This document shows, piece after piece, positions 1 to 12,935 of a DNA stretch of 64,000 nucleotides. Below the pieces are notes generated by a model, which was given only the letters and a program-made list of their open reading frames with translations, was not told where the DNA came from and did no database searches. Positions within the stretch are counted from its first letter, which is position 1. Each line of letters opens with the position of its first letter. The stretch comes from Psammoneis japonica (lineage: Eukaryota), in assembly GCA_008632985.1 (NCBI GenBank), contig QPGO01000032.1:307330-371329 (forward strand), in the 5' to 3' direction. The position numbers and the translations under genes were made by a program.

Positions 1-530
1 GACAAGCTTCCCTTCTTTCTCTGGGCTGTTGTTGGAGGCAAGATATAATGTGTTAGAACAATTGATTCGAAGGTTGCACGTTCTATTTCGCAACCGGCTA
101 ATGTTTCACTCACCTCTTTGCTTGTACACCCACGTTACTAGCTTTGGATCTTCCTCGTAATGGAAAGGAACCAAGCAGTCGCCATGCATCGACTTGTATA
201 GCAATAGCCTGGAGAACATTGTTTCCCAGGTTTCTCGGGTGGTTACACACCACACAAATCCAATTGACTCGAGACGCGTAATGCGCTCTTCCGACAAGGA
301 ACTTCTGTGTGCTCTTTGCTTGGAGACCCAATTTCCCAATTTGGGATCAGTCTTGTACTTGCGAGGGACCAAGCAATCGCCATTGCGCTTCCTGTAATCC
401 ACAAGGCGATCGAACATTGTGTCCCATGCCTTGTCGGCATGTGAATTATCTTCTTCTTCCTTCTCAATCTCATAATCAATAGTCTTAATTTTCTTGTAGA
501 CAGGTTCGAACATTTCGAGATCGTTCATCA
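1..530 (-). CDS. Helicase-associated (HA) repeat protein, partial; runs off the left window edge, 5' exon structure uncertain
   Basis: Two HA repeats: WDTMFDRLVDYRKRNGDCLVPRKYKTDPKLGNWVSKQR...RLESIGFVW and WETMFSRLLLYKSMHGDCLVP. A GTGAGT...CAG intron at 26-113 restores QRAQRKKGSLS. Confidence 0.85.
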
Positions 531-1331
531 TGGTAGCAAAACGCTTTAAGCTCAAAGCAGGAGGAGATAAAGAACAAATTGATGTGATAGAGATATTGAA
601 ATAGTGGGAGTCGCCGATGTAAATGTACCTCAGTTGGACTTGTGAGAGGAATAAAAGGACAACGCTCAAAATGCTGATACTTTTTGTGGGTCGACCTTCG
701 CTTCGTTTGCAATACCGGGAACGGGGTCAATGACTCATGCTTCTGAACCCGATTTTGTCCATCGTAACTGCTGGTACCGACTTGCGTAGGAATCACGCCC
801 AATAGTGTTTCATGTTCGAGAACAGTACGTGCCTTTGGAAATGCCATGGACTTTATTCAGAAAAAGTGTGACCTTAAATAAACTAAAACTAGGGATAAAT
901 AGAGTACTTAATATCGTATCAAAATGAAAATGACTTGGTCTTTTCGATTCCTGTCCGGGCATTAGCTCTTTTATGAACAATACATAATAATTGTTTTGAC
1001 AATTGCCTCAAAATTTCAAATTTTTATCAATCAAATATTATGTTAAGCGAATATGTCCAACACTATGGAAGGCATATCTGCGTCCTGTTTCTGCTTTCCT
1101 CTTCAAACGCATATTTGTCCCAAAGCAGTAAGCTCTTAATGAGGGATGCTGGCTGATAAAAAAATCGACAATAATGAATTGGAAGGGACAGAACATTCAA
1201 GGCAATCGTGTTTCTTATTTAGGTCACGTGAGGCCCAACGGACTTTTTATGGTTGTTCATGCGTTCTGTCTGTCTTTCGTTCTGTTGTTAGTTCGGCTGT
1301 CGCGGTGGGGGAGCTTCTTCCGTACCACTTA

Positions 1332-2175
1332 CAGACCTCCCAGTTGGGAGTGACGGGGAGCACAAAATGCTGTGGCCAGTGCTTGTTTCTGCTGTCTGCT
1401 GCTCGCACGGTGTTGCCGCACCAAGCAAGAGAAACAGCACACAGAGTGGCAGATTGTGCAGCTTCTTGCCATTCATTTTTTTCCTTCAATTTTTTGTTCA
1501 AGTGCCAAAACACACCCCCCTTTGTTCGACCAGCGAAAAAGCTCTTTGGCTGCTTCAGCCAGCCTTCACAGCCCCCGTTTGGTGGGGGAGGAGGCTCTTT
1601 TTTTTGAGTGAACCATCAACTGTGCAACAAGCTTGTGCATGTTGGAAAATTCTTTGACTTTGCAAGGAACAGCGCAGCAGCATCTGGCCAAGGGCAAGAA
1701 CAAAGGCGGCAAGTGTTGACCCCCGGTTGAGTGTTGAACCCCCAGCACATCACGCCTTTTTGTCTTTTTTTGCCCCCACTGCTGACTCAGCATGTGCTGA
1801 AGGTTGTGAGTGCAGTGCCACAATGTTCAATGGCAAAGCTTCACAAGTGAGAGACATGGCGACACACCGGAACGCCGAAAAAAGCCAACACACATGCGCG
1901 CACCAATGCAAGCAAACAACCAACTGGCGTGTGCTTGCTCTCAAAAGTTGGGCATGAACACAACTGACAGTTTTCTTTGATGTTGTTGGTGTGTTCTGTG
2001 TGTCATGGTGAGCACAGTGGCAAGTGACAAGCTGCGGAGCCTTGAGCTCACGAGCAGAGGCGCCAGCAGCAGCACACACAGGAGAGAGAGAGAGGAAGAG
2101 ACCCGTTCACACTCATCCACTTTGGGCTTGCTTTTTGGAATGGTGAGCTGTGGTCCAAGTTGAAAAACACTTTTT
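1332..2175. other. TpA-free block, probable decayed repeat remnant
   Basis: No TA dinucleotide found in ~845 bp by manual scan; TG/CA-rich; no recognisable protein. Confidence 0.75.
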
Positions 2176-2367
2176 TAAAGAGTGCCGAGATGGAGAGGGA
2201 AATCTTCCCTGAGTTGCGAAACTTTTTGGATTGAATCGGAATTGAATGCGTGGAATGAACGCATGGCCGGAACGGCGAAGTTGCGCGTTTCCGGGTTTCT
2301 TTTGTGGCTGCACCCACATTCAAGCTTGCGAGCTTGCGGCGGCGTTGAGCGCAGACAAGAGTTGACC

Positions 2368-4687
2368 ATGAGCACCGAGATCTCCTCGTCGTTGTCACGG
2401 CTCCCCTCCCAAAAGCAGAGCACTGCTAATGGAGATAGCGACGAAAGGGTTCAAGAAGAGGAGCGTCTGTCATCGGACTTGGCCTTGTTCCTTTCGAATC
2501 CGTCGCTGAAGGCAGCCTTAGCGGATGGGTCTCTGGACTTGGCGTCTTACTCGTCGACGGTGGAGGAAGAATTGCAAGAGCTGGAAACCAAATGCATTGA
2601 TGCATACCGGTCGAAATCAAAGGAGATTTCAGTGCTAAGGAATGACTTGGAATCGTGTGACGCAGTCTTGGGAGCGCTGCAGGAAATGCTTCTGGGGTTT
2701 CAGGCTGATCTAGGCGGCCTTAGCGGTGATATCCGGAGCTTGCAAGACAAGAGCAAAACACTGGGCGTGCAGTTGAGAAACCGACGTAAGGCTGAAGCGG
2801 GTCTACGGGGGTTCCTAGAAAAGGTAGTGGTGGCGCCCAACTTGACAAACACTGTCTGTCGAGGTCCAGTCAATGGATTGTTTCTAGAAAGCGTGCAAGA
2901 GTTAAATTCGATTCATCATTCTGTACATTCGAAAGAACCGCAAGAGTGGTCGGCAAACCAGCCTCCATCAGAAACTGTTGCGGGCCAAGAAATGAAGCTC
3001 CATGTGCACAAGCTGCGCCTTGTTGCTGTATCGAGAACACGGGACTACTTCCTTTCGCAAATGGCACTCTTGAGAAGGCCGAAAACGAACGTGCGTATGA
3101 TTCAGGTTCACGGTCTCCTCAAATACTCGGATCTGCAAGACTTTCTGCAGGAAGCATGTCCTGAAATTGCTACTGAGATTTACAACGTCTATGTCGAATC
3201 CATGGGCAAGGTGAGTCGCGTTTGATTTGTAAATGTCCATCTTTTCCTGATTCCTTCTCAACACTTCGTTTCATTGTATTGTCTCCCTCGCGCAGACACT
3301 CTATGCTCTGTTCCGTACATACCAAGCTCAGTTGCATCAATTGGATTCTACCAAAGTTTCTGCCACTCGTCATGATGTCATTGCTATTGATGACGCGGCG
3401 CTTCGAGATGCCTTGACCACAAAGGCCAAAAAACGAGTGGATAGTTTCTGTTTGGGAAACCGTATTGACAATGTCTTGGACACGACGGAACCCATTTTGG
3501 CGCATGTTGCGCTAGCCGAGGGCAAGAGGTATCCTTACGAGATGCTCTTTTGTTCCTTGATGATACACCTTATGGACGCCGTCACCAACGAACACGTATT
3601 CTGTCGTCAGTTCTTCAAGCGCGATGCATTTGGACCACTGTTTCATCATACCTTGGGCCTCTTGTTGGAACAGTTGGAGAATTATCTCTTTTCCTGTCAT
3701 GATGGCTTGGCTCTCTTGCTCATGATCAAGACTACCCACGCGCATGGGCGATTAATGAAAAACCGCAAAGTGCATTCGATGGACGGCTTCTTCCAGAACG
3801 TGACGCAGTTGCTCTGGCCTCGTCTCAAGACCGTCATGGATGCTCATCTTCGAAGCATCAAGAGCGCCACGGCACAGAAATTGGGTGGCGTTGATATGCA
3901 TGCGCACTATGTATCGAGACGTTATGCAGAGTTTACCTGCTCCATTCTGTTGATTCTGCACAAGGGCAACACCACGTCGAACCAACCCAAGTCACCGCTA
4001 AAGAGAGCCGTCTCTAGTGACAGCAACAAGAGCGCGCCGTCGGTAAAGCCTTCTTCAGAATCGTTGAGTGGCTCTATGCACCGCGGAAGTGCTGGGGATA
4101 TGCTGTTGCAGGACCTCCAGGCCATTGCGGACGAGACGGTGTTATTGTTAGAACGTTTGGCCGATGAACACGCGTCTAACAAGAAGCGAATCGTATTTAT
4201 GATTAACAACTTGGATCAGATCATTTGCATCTTTCAAGAACGACGCGTCGTTGGGAAGGAACTGAACAAGTTTGTAGAGCTCCTCATGACGCAACGAGAA
4301 ATGTTTGTGGAAGAGGAACTGCTTCAGACCTTTTCCAAAATGATTGCCTTTGTGCAGCAAACCGAAGGTCATATTTCATCCAGCGCAAAAATGACAAGTA
4401 ACCAAGTGGTGAACGCACAAGTGGTGGAGAGTTTGGTTCGAGAGTTTGCCGTCAATTGGAAGCAGGGAATTGAACAAATCAACCGCAACGTTCTGAGTTA
4501 CTTCTCCAACTTTCGAAACGGAATGGAGATTTTGAAGCAAGTCTTAACGCAGCTCTTGCTCTATTACACACGATTCCAAGATATCATCAGAAAGGTGTGG
4601 AGATCAAAGCCCCCCGCGTTCTGCAAGGATCTTGTCAATACGAGTGTCATTCTTGCTGAAATCAAAAAGTACGCTTTGGCTATCTGA
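2368..4687 (+). CDS. VPS52: GARP complex subunit Vps52; exons 2368-3210 and 3296-4687
   Basis: CDAVLGALQEMLLGFQADLGGLSGDIRSLQ...LRNRR, LLWPR, FSNFRNGMEILKQVLTQLLLYYTRF. GTGAGT...CGCAG intron 3211-3295 joins the two ORFs in frame. Confidence 0.95.
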
Positions 4688-4868
4688 GCATAGGTATGTA
4701 ATTTGTACAAATACCAATCATTTAGTATTTCTATAAAGCTATCTCAATGTTCTGTAGCAGAAGTAGTTCTGATTCGGATGGTACTGGGTTGCAGCTTGTC
4801 ACTTGCCATGCGTTGGCTATGAACAGTAGCTGGCTGGGAAGACATCAGGTCTACGATACCAGCATCTT

Positions 4869-5501
4869 TTAAAACAAAGTTTTGCTGATGAAACTGTCAG
4901 TCTGGTATTCCTCATCATTCGTTGTGTCATATGCACATAACATTCTGAAAAAGGCGGGTGTTGATGACTCAGCCTGTTCTCGCTCTTCTCGTTCTTCCTC
5001 TAGTTTCTTTTTCAGTCTTTCCCACGCAGCCCTTGGGCCTATCATATCAAAAAGGTCGACAACATTACTCTGCTCTCCCTCATCTACCTCTTCTCTTTTC
5101 TCTTCTGAGTATATGATTGGCTCACAGCCAGCCTTTGGAACGATTACACGTACTTCACCAGGATGGGATAGGCTTGCACATCTGTTGTAAACGTCGTATG
5201 TTTCTTCGTCCACCGGAATTGCTGTATTGAACTTTAACTTTTCATTCGATGCGTTCTTAAAATGAACTTCTCCTTTGCGATCAGTCACTCTTATATTTTC
5301 CGTGTCGACCTCACTGCTTTCCGAGACCACTAGTCGCAGAAGCATGGCGTCGTCCGTTTCCCGTACTAAGCAGGATCCGATACGGCACACCTTGCCCTGG
5401 TCGTCAGTTCCATAAATGCCCTTGACAGTGGCGCTCGTCTTGCCCTTTGCAAAGCGGCATTCGTAATTCGAATCATCGTTTGACGGTGTTTCGAGGATCA
5501 T
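4869..5501 (-). CDS. Divergent HSP20/alpha-crystallin-like protein
   Basis: Intact 210 aa ORF; KFNTAIPVDEETYDV...GEVRVIVPK resembles the C-terminal strands of the alpha-crystallin domain; similar to ORF 8131-8670. Confidence 0.5.
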   Translation of the reverse strand: MILETPSNDDSNYECRFAKGKTSATVKGIYGTDDQGKVCRIGSCLVRETDDAMLLRLVVSESSEVDTENIRVTDRKGEVHFKNASNEKLKFNTAIPVDEETYDVYNRCASLSHPGEVRVIVPKAGCEPIIYSEEKREEVDEGEQSNVVDLFDMIGPRAAWERLKKKLEEEREEREQAESSTPAFFRMLCAYDTTNDEEYQTDSFISKTLF

Positions 5502-6425
5502 TGTTGTTGGTGCGTTTTGAGTTTCAGGTTGTTATTTTTTGTGGAAAGAATGAGAACGATTTCGATTTTCGATTGGTTCGCGGTTCTCGTTGTCGGAGGG
5601 AGGTGCGCGACACCGCCAAATTACGAGACACGTAGAAATCAACAGAACTAATGTACCAGGGTGATGACGTGGCTAAAGAACATCACGTCTGAAATTCGCG
5701 ATTAAAACCCGGGACTGGACGCTTCGAACGCAACTCACGCAATTTTCAAAGGCCTCCAGAGGCCTGTTCTTTGTTATTCTTTTGTATATGCACCCCTTCT
5801 GGAAAGTGACATAAAGCCATTTCGAAGACCCAAAGTACCCAATGCACTCTGGTCCTCGTATTGTCCATTGCAAAGTGCGTTCACGCCGACGCTTCGCTTC
5901 ATTTCCTGGCTTTTAGGAACAGTGCGCCATTCCATGGCGCTCAACGCTCAACGGACGCGCACCCAACCAAGCGATTGCTGCCGCCACCCACTTGCTGGCA
6001 CTATGTCGTTATGATGAATAAATGCGTTTTTTTTTTTTCTGGTTGAAAGGCTTTGTATCATTTCTCACTCCTGTTGTACATCACGGAGCGCCATACCGTA
6101 GAATCGAATGTCGATGTTGGCGCGTGATGAATGAATCATCCGACTGCTCGCGTTGCGGCCGTCGCGCGGGTGTCGCGTTGTTGCTGGTTGCTGCCACTGC
6201 CATTTCGCCATTTTATGCATGGTACACCGGTTACACCGGCAACTGTAAATCGCAGATTTCGTTCACACCTTGTGCGTCCTTTGCCGCTTAGTTTGGAGCT
6301 GAGTATGGCAGAAGAACGGTAGAGTGAAACAGTTAGAGAGAGAGGATTTGTGACTTGCGAGCTATTCAGAAAACGCTACTGTGCTTTCGCTCTGTTCGTG
6401 CGGATTTTGAAAAAGTAGCAAGCGA

Positions 6426-7400
6426 GTGAACACGAGACCACATCATGAAACGCCAACAAAGCATCTTTATAGGCTCCATTTCGTGCTGGCCTTGTACATG
6501 CTGGTCTGTGCACTTGAATCAGTCGAGACGGTCGCAACGTCCCGCCTGTCGATGCAGTGGGTGAATCATTTGCACATATTGGGTATCGTCCTGGTGCGAT
6601 GGCACGATATGTTACCCGCACTAAGCCCTGGAAAGAGGGACGACGACATATCTTGGATTGGGGTTGTGGTGGAGGGGGACTCTCTCTGGCTTTGGCAAAA
6701 GAGGGCGCCGAAAATCTCGTTGCGGTTGATTTGAATGCAAACGCCGCCAAGCTTGCTAGGAAAAGGCTGAAACCCTATCCGAATGCCTCTGCACGGAGAC
6801 CCTATGAGAATCCTTTCGTCCGACGAACACCGGGACAACTTGGCTACTCGTCCCGATTTGATGTGGTTGTTTCGTTGCGGGAGCCCTCAGTCATGGAACC
6901 ACAATGGTGCGCCGATACCCACCGGAGTATGCCTTGTTGCAAGCGACCCAAGCATGTCGTGACGGAGGCTCAGTTGTTGTTGGTACATTTTATGATGATA
7001 CAAAGTATCTTGAAGCCCTCACGGTTCTTCTTGCTGGATTTTTTGCTAAAACGTGCTATTCAAATTGGCCTTGGAGCAAGCTCAATCTCATGGACAAAGC
7101 AGCTTTCTGGATTTGTTTAGCATGCTGATATTGGGGGAACGAACTCGTTTTATTGTAGTATTGGGAAATCTCGCAGTCGCCGAAAGCATCAAAAGGAAGA
7201 GATGGCAGTCACTCTCCATCGTATTTGGCATCTTTGTCGGTGGAAACTGTTGGTGCGAGCTGTTGCAGGCCATCGATTCGTGAAAATATGAAACTTCAAA
7301 TGAAAACGCAGGACTTGTCGGCGTCAAACACAGCTTGCGATGGATGCCTCTTGCGACTATGCCGTTGGATAAAAAATCTGATGCTGCATTAGTGTCTTTC
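6426..7400 (+). CDS. Class I SAM-dependent methyltransferase with hydrophobic segments; fragmented by frameshifts, ends approximate
   Basis: Motif I HILDWGCGGGGLSLALA, then LVAVDLN and FDVVVS; coding signal shifts between frames. Confidence 0.6.
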
Positions 7401-8130
7401 TTGTACAATCGCTCAAGGTTTCCAATCGGGCGTTTTTTGCGAATCTATGAAGGGACGAAGTCTGGAAGGAGGGTGCATCGGAAGTGACTTGAGCATTGGG
7501 GCCTATTGCATTAGCATGCCTCTATAAGCCGCCGGCACTGTGGTACGACAGGTGGCACACCCCTCTCATGCTATCTTCTTTCCATCGTCGAGCTCGACAC
7601 GTTTGGCAGCAGAGGCGGCATTGGCTCTTACCGGAAGCCGCATCCATGGTAATCTCCTGCGCTCAAGTAAAGACGATACTAGCTAGGCAACTTCGGCATA
7701 TGCATTGCAACTCTACAAGTACTGTGTGTGGAGCTTGATCCTTTTCGCCGCTTTCTTCTTCTTCTTGGTCTGCTCTTGCCCCTCGGGAAAGACCCGTGGG
7801 GTCGCTCATCGTTTTTGTGTATTCTCTGTTCCAAATGGTAGATATGTTCGCTAATAGATGTTACTATTTCTATTGGTTGGACCAGGCTTGACATCAACCA
7901 GGCCGTTGGAAGATTCCTGCATGGTTCACGTCAACGACGGGACCAGATCGCCTGTGGTCGTGCGTAATTCGAGCTCCATCGTACTTCATCGATCGTACAA
8001 ATTTCTACGATGGTACCTTCGCGGGACTGATCGGCAGACTCAAACTCAGGCATGATCGGAACTCCTCACCTTTTCTCACAAAACGCAACAAATATCCACC
8101 GTAGTTCCTTCACTTTCAAATTGCTTCGCA

Positions 8131-8670
8131 ATGATTTTTCCACCCATTTGGAGCTCTACTAAAGGTAGCGGATGTGATGACCGTTTCCCTTCATACAAGA
8201 TTGGCGCATGCCTCATTACGCAGGACTCTCGTGGCTTGCAGCTGTTGTTCCATATTGCTGGTGTCAAGACAGAAGACTTGTCCGTTGAAATTGTCGACGG
8301 AATTTTGACAGTATCAGGCCACGTTATGGATAATGGAAGGATTGTTTCGGAATTCGAAAGAACTTTAAATGTCGACATTGAAACGTTTGATGCCGCGTTT
8401 GCCAGCGCGAATGTTGTGAGCGAACAAGGTGTGCTTGTTGTTAGATTCCCAACACATAAGCACACGGAACGAAAAAGCCAACGAGACAGAAAAATAAACT
8501 TTTGGTATAGACGCTCAGAACCACCCCCGCAGCCGCCTCTGCAAGAATTCGAAAAAGTCGAAGTGACTCTACTTCAACCAAAAATTGTCGACGAGCAGAG
8601 GCGACCGGTCGAAGACAATGATCGGGTCCTCGGAAATCGCAGTCGCATCGGCATGATTGTATCATTTTAA
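8131..8670 (+). CDS. Small heat-shock protein (HSP20 family)
   Basis: IAGVKTEDLSVEIVDGILTVSG...FERTLNV...GVLVVRFP. Confidence 0.8.
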   Translation: MIFPPIWSSTKGSGCDDRFPSYKIGACLITQDSRGLQLLFHIAGVKTEDLSVEIVDGILTVSGHVMDNGRIVSEFERTLNVDIETFDAAFASANVVSEQGVLVVRFPTHKHTERKSQRDRKINFWYRRSEPPPQPPLQEFEKVEVTLLQPKIVDEQRRPVEDNDRVLGNRSRIGMIVSF

Positions 8671-8752
8671 AATAAGTATTAGAGAAGGAGATACTAGTTT
8701 CTAATAAGAATTCAGTCAAACTGTCGTCTAAAAAGTTTGTTTCAACGCGCAG

Positions 8753-10696
8753 CTACACGTCCGCCCAAACAAATGCCTGAAAGACTCGCGGATCAAAGTC
8801 CGCCATACATTCATCCCACGCATTTTGGTCGATATATGCAAAGTTTGATTCACTTAAATGCGAGCAAGCATACCATTTCAACATGGCCTTGAGAGATTTG
8901 ATGCTGCTGCAACGTGTTCGAGTCGCCATTCTTGTATTTGTTGACACGTCCACCAAGTTGGGCATGGAATCGATCAAATCATAACAGAACGAACCGGAAT
9001 TCGTTGGTACCTTTACAATGCTGACAACGTGCTCACGAAAAAACAATGCAGCTCCCGCCTTTCTATCCGCGTGGCTCTTTGTTTCACCCTTGGACAGCGT
9101 TTTGAGGAATTCATCCAAATGAGCGTCATCCAGCATATTCCCACCCGTGGCACCGACAAACTTTTCCTGCGACAAGAGCTTATGATCCACCATGTAATCG
9201 TGAACGTCCGATGGGATAATCAATGCATCACCCTCCAGCTGAAGTTTGGAACGGATTGCTTTCAGAATGGGCCCACACTGTGTGTCAATGACATAGCGAA
9301 CAGCTTCGTCCGACACGGATTGGCGGCTCGTTAAATGATGAGAAACCACCAAGGGGGAAATGACGGCACATCCGTTTGTCGAATGTCGATATCGCCCTTG
9401 GAAGGTATCCAACCCCATAACGGCAATCTTGCGCAACGAGAGCATATAAAAAACAAATCGGGTCAGCACATTATACAACGACTTCAGCTTTACAAACACT
9501 CAAAACGCCGTACCTTGTTTTGCTGCTTCAAGAGTCTGTACTCTTGTGTATACTGTTGTTTTAGTTTTCGAATTGGCACTCGCTTTTCAGGCTCAACTCT
9601 TCTCTTCGCCAATTCTTCGTCCTCTTGGCGGATTGCTCGACCCGCAGGAGCCGCCAGAGGAAACCCTGAAACCTGACTGCCTGGAACAGCCTGGTCATAA
9701 CTGGGTGGAGGAGGCGGTTGTGGCTGATCCGACATGATTTTGCTGTAGCTAGGCGGAGGTGGAAACAACTCATCCGCCGTGGGAACGTGAAAGCTCAAGG
9801 ACGAGCCGGGCTGTGGCGGAGGTATGGGCGGGGGCGGAACGGGAGGAGGCAAGTCCTGATCGCCCTCGTTGTCCAATAGCAAAGACATGGAATCAGAGCG
9901 CATCGATGCCGTGAGATCGCTAACTTGACTGGACTCTTCGTTATCAGATAACCCGAGGGAATGCGTACTTTCCCCGTTGGTTTGCTCAGAGTCCATTTTC
10001 TTTTCGGATGGGAACTTTGTCCTGAGTTGTTGTAATTTGCTCAACGCCGAGGCCGCCACATCTCCTCCTTCCCCTTTTGCTTTTAGCCGTTCCTTTTTTC
10101 GTTGTTGGATCTTTTGTTGCAACTCCATCATTTTCCTCCTCTCAGCTTCTCTTTGTTTTTGGATCTGAGCCTGATGCCGCCGCATCTGTTCCTGATGCAG
10201 CTTCAGCTGTTCCTGGTACTTTCGTTGTCGTTCGGTTTCTTCTGCATCCATCCATACAGCGACTTGTTCCAGTTTTTGAATCACATTTCGCATGTCTGCA
10301 TCGTTCTTTTTCCTCCTTTTCGCATGCGCTGGAGAACGATAGTAATTATGGGTTGGGATTGCCTCCAACGAAAAAGCTGCAAAGCGCTTCCCATAGATAT
10401 AAGCGTCGTCCAAGCGACGTTGGGAATATGCATCTTCAAAGGATTCCAGAACCTAATCAATATCATTTCAAGTGTTGAGACAAGTCTTTTATCAATCACA
10501 GCAGTCACTTTTACATGAAAAATACCGTTCGTGCATTGCACAATCTCACCTTGTCTGCCGCGTTGTAGTAGCGATCAATATGGAAAAACTGGCTCACGAG
10601 AGGAACGCCCTTTCCACTTCCCATTTCTGCATCCGCATTCTTCAACGCCTCACGGCGTGCATCGCTGGGTCGTATTCGACTTACGCTGCTCGTCAT
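8753..10696 (-). CDS. USP8/AMSH-type N-terminal domain, coiled coil, Pro-rich PPSY region and candidate cysteine-protease domain; exons 10696-10550, 10452-9514, 9427-8753
   Basis: Introns 10453-10549 and 9428-9513 give an in-frame splice. IDRYYNAADKVLESFEDAYSQRRLDDAYIYGKRFAAFSLEAIPTHNYY resembles USP8_dimer; C-terminal NGCAVIS / FREHVVSI / LIDSMP. Confidence 0.75.
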
Positions 10697-11019
10697 GGTT
10701 GCTTCTCTTTTGTTTTGGAGTCCCGCTGTCGGCGTTGGAGTTGTTTGCTTTTTCGCTCGCGTCTTCTTCGAAAGAGCATCAACGCGCGCGAATATGAATA
10801 TTCTATCACCCGCGATGATGCCAACGTAATCGTGACATCATGTGTCCGTATGTCGCCCGGTTGGCACGAGTTTTTGGATTTCGAAATTTTGACAACGTTC
10901 GTCACTCTGCATGCGGCGGACTCACATCATTTTCGTTATTGTCATGCGGTGATCACCGCAATCGGCTCTCTGTCCTTGAAACTTCATTTCCACCTCTGCT
11001 GAACAAGGCGGTGCTCGTC

Positions 11020-12279
11020 ATGCATGGGCGATTTGTAATTTGCTTGCTTATTGTCTGCTGTAGTGTTGAAAGGTCGTCTGCGAAAAGCCTCATTGTTTCT
11101 AACTCACAAAGGCAGCATTGGAAGGTTGCTACGTTGCCATCATCAATCATGGCATCGAAACGAACAAAAACAACAGACAATAACAATAACGATGTATCGG
11201 TAGTACGAGGCGGAGGATCCGGGGATCAGCACGAGCTACTCAAAGGACGACTACTGGTATTTTCAGTGTCTGCCTTGTATGGAACGCTGAGTGTAGCAAT
11301 GCGTCTCGTTTATAGCCGACCCGATGCACCGACACCCGCGGCTTTAAGTTTTTGTCGATCATGGATCACAGCAATATCCTTTTTGTTGTTTTCAAAACAA
11401 AAGCAAGAAAAAGAGCCATCAACACAAGCAACGCCACCACCATCATCAAGACCTCTGTGGACGGTTGGCATGGAGCTTGCATTTTGGACCGTGACGGCCT
11501 TTGCGCTGCTTTCTGTAGGACTGAAAAAAACCGAATCCGCCATTCGTGCCTCCTTCTTTACGCAAACCTCCGTAATAATCACGCCGCTCTTGTCTATACT
11601 GGTGGATGGTCAATCCATTGAATCCTCTGTTTGGGTCGGTTGCATCATGGCGCTGCCGGATTGCTCATTTTGACCATGAGTCCAAGTAGTTTGGAACAAG
11701 ATGCGTCCTCGCTGTTTAAGCTGAGTGTCGGAGATATCATGGTATTGGCAAGTGCCGGTTGCTGGTCGGCTTATATTTTACGAGCAGCGACTGTAGCTCG
11801 ACCCTATCCGCGGTACAGCTTCAATCTGCATATCCAAATTTCGTGCCGCAGCAAACACAATTTGGCTCCTGGCGACAGGCGGTTTGGCGGCGTCATCTGC
11901 TACCAAAGATGCAGCTGTCGGCGACTCGAGTTTGCTCTCTGGACTATTGGGCATCGTGGATAGTCAGTGGGCAGGCTGGAGACACGATTTCGTCTCGTGG
12001 TGTCTCGTGGCGTACGCCGCCACTGGACCAGGAGCCTTGGCGGCGGTACTGCTCCAACGGGGATCACGACACGTATCAGCGTCTGAAGTCAATGTCATCT
12101 TGTGCTGCGAACCAATCTTTACAACGTTTTGGTCCTTTTTGATTTTGGGGGAAACCACATCGTTGCGAGAAGCCTTTGGTGGCATGTTGATTATAATGGC
12201 TGCAATTACCGCTTCGGGGACACTGGACGGATTCCTTGGTAGGCTGACAGGTTCGACAAAAAAGGAAAAGGGAGACTAA
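11020..12279 (+). CDS. EamA/DMT-family transporter with N-terminal targeting peptide; frameshifted
   Basis: SALYGT, RASFFTQTSVIITP, GDIMVLASAGCWSAY, EPIFTTFWSFLILGE; multiple TM segments across three frames. Confidence 0.85.
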
Positions 12280-12935
12280 TCTCCATGAACAATTGCTATC
12301 GCTACAGTGGTCTGCTATGGTTCCTCCTTTCGCGTTGCAAATACTTCTAGGTAGAGAGTGGACGAGGAGCAAGAATGAAAAAGATTCGTGGGACTTCCTG
12401 TTATCTTGTAGAAGTAGCAACCTCACTTTTGAAGTCGTTGATGCCATTGCGCGCACTCTAGAATAATGATAAATGTGTTTGAGAGAGCTATGAAACAAAT
12501 GAAGGGCACTGATCACCTGCTGTACAGCACTGTTGTCGCGAGCAGATAGTGCTCAACGATGAATTTGTCCGAGGATGCCATGGCAACAGAGTTGCCTCTT
12601 TGTGTTACATAGTTAAAAATAGAGTAAAGGGTTATCCTGAGATCTACTACAGTACTCTCATGTAAGGTAAGGGATAGCTAGAAGAGGTAGAGAGTTGCAA
12701 ACTGATGAAACCCGAGCGTGGAAGTTTTGTGACCGTTGAAGACCGTTATTAGGCGTTATTCAACGGCAAACTGATCATTAAATTTTATTTGTACTTTACA
12801 ATGAATATTTAAAAAATTGAAAAATTCAATCTACGTGAGTAAGAGTAGAGTGCGGTAAAACGTAAACAACACAACAACACACACAACCAACACACCTGCA
12901 ATAAGGCAGAACGCAGATCATCAGAACCGAACGCA

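Noticed and set aside
2182..2367. N-terminal extension of VPS52
   Set aside because: It begins at a non-ATG codon and is open only because the region lacks TA-containing stops; ATG 2368 fits better.
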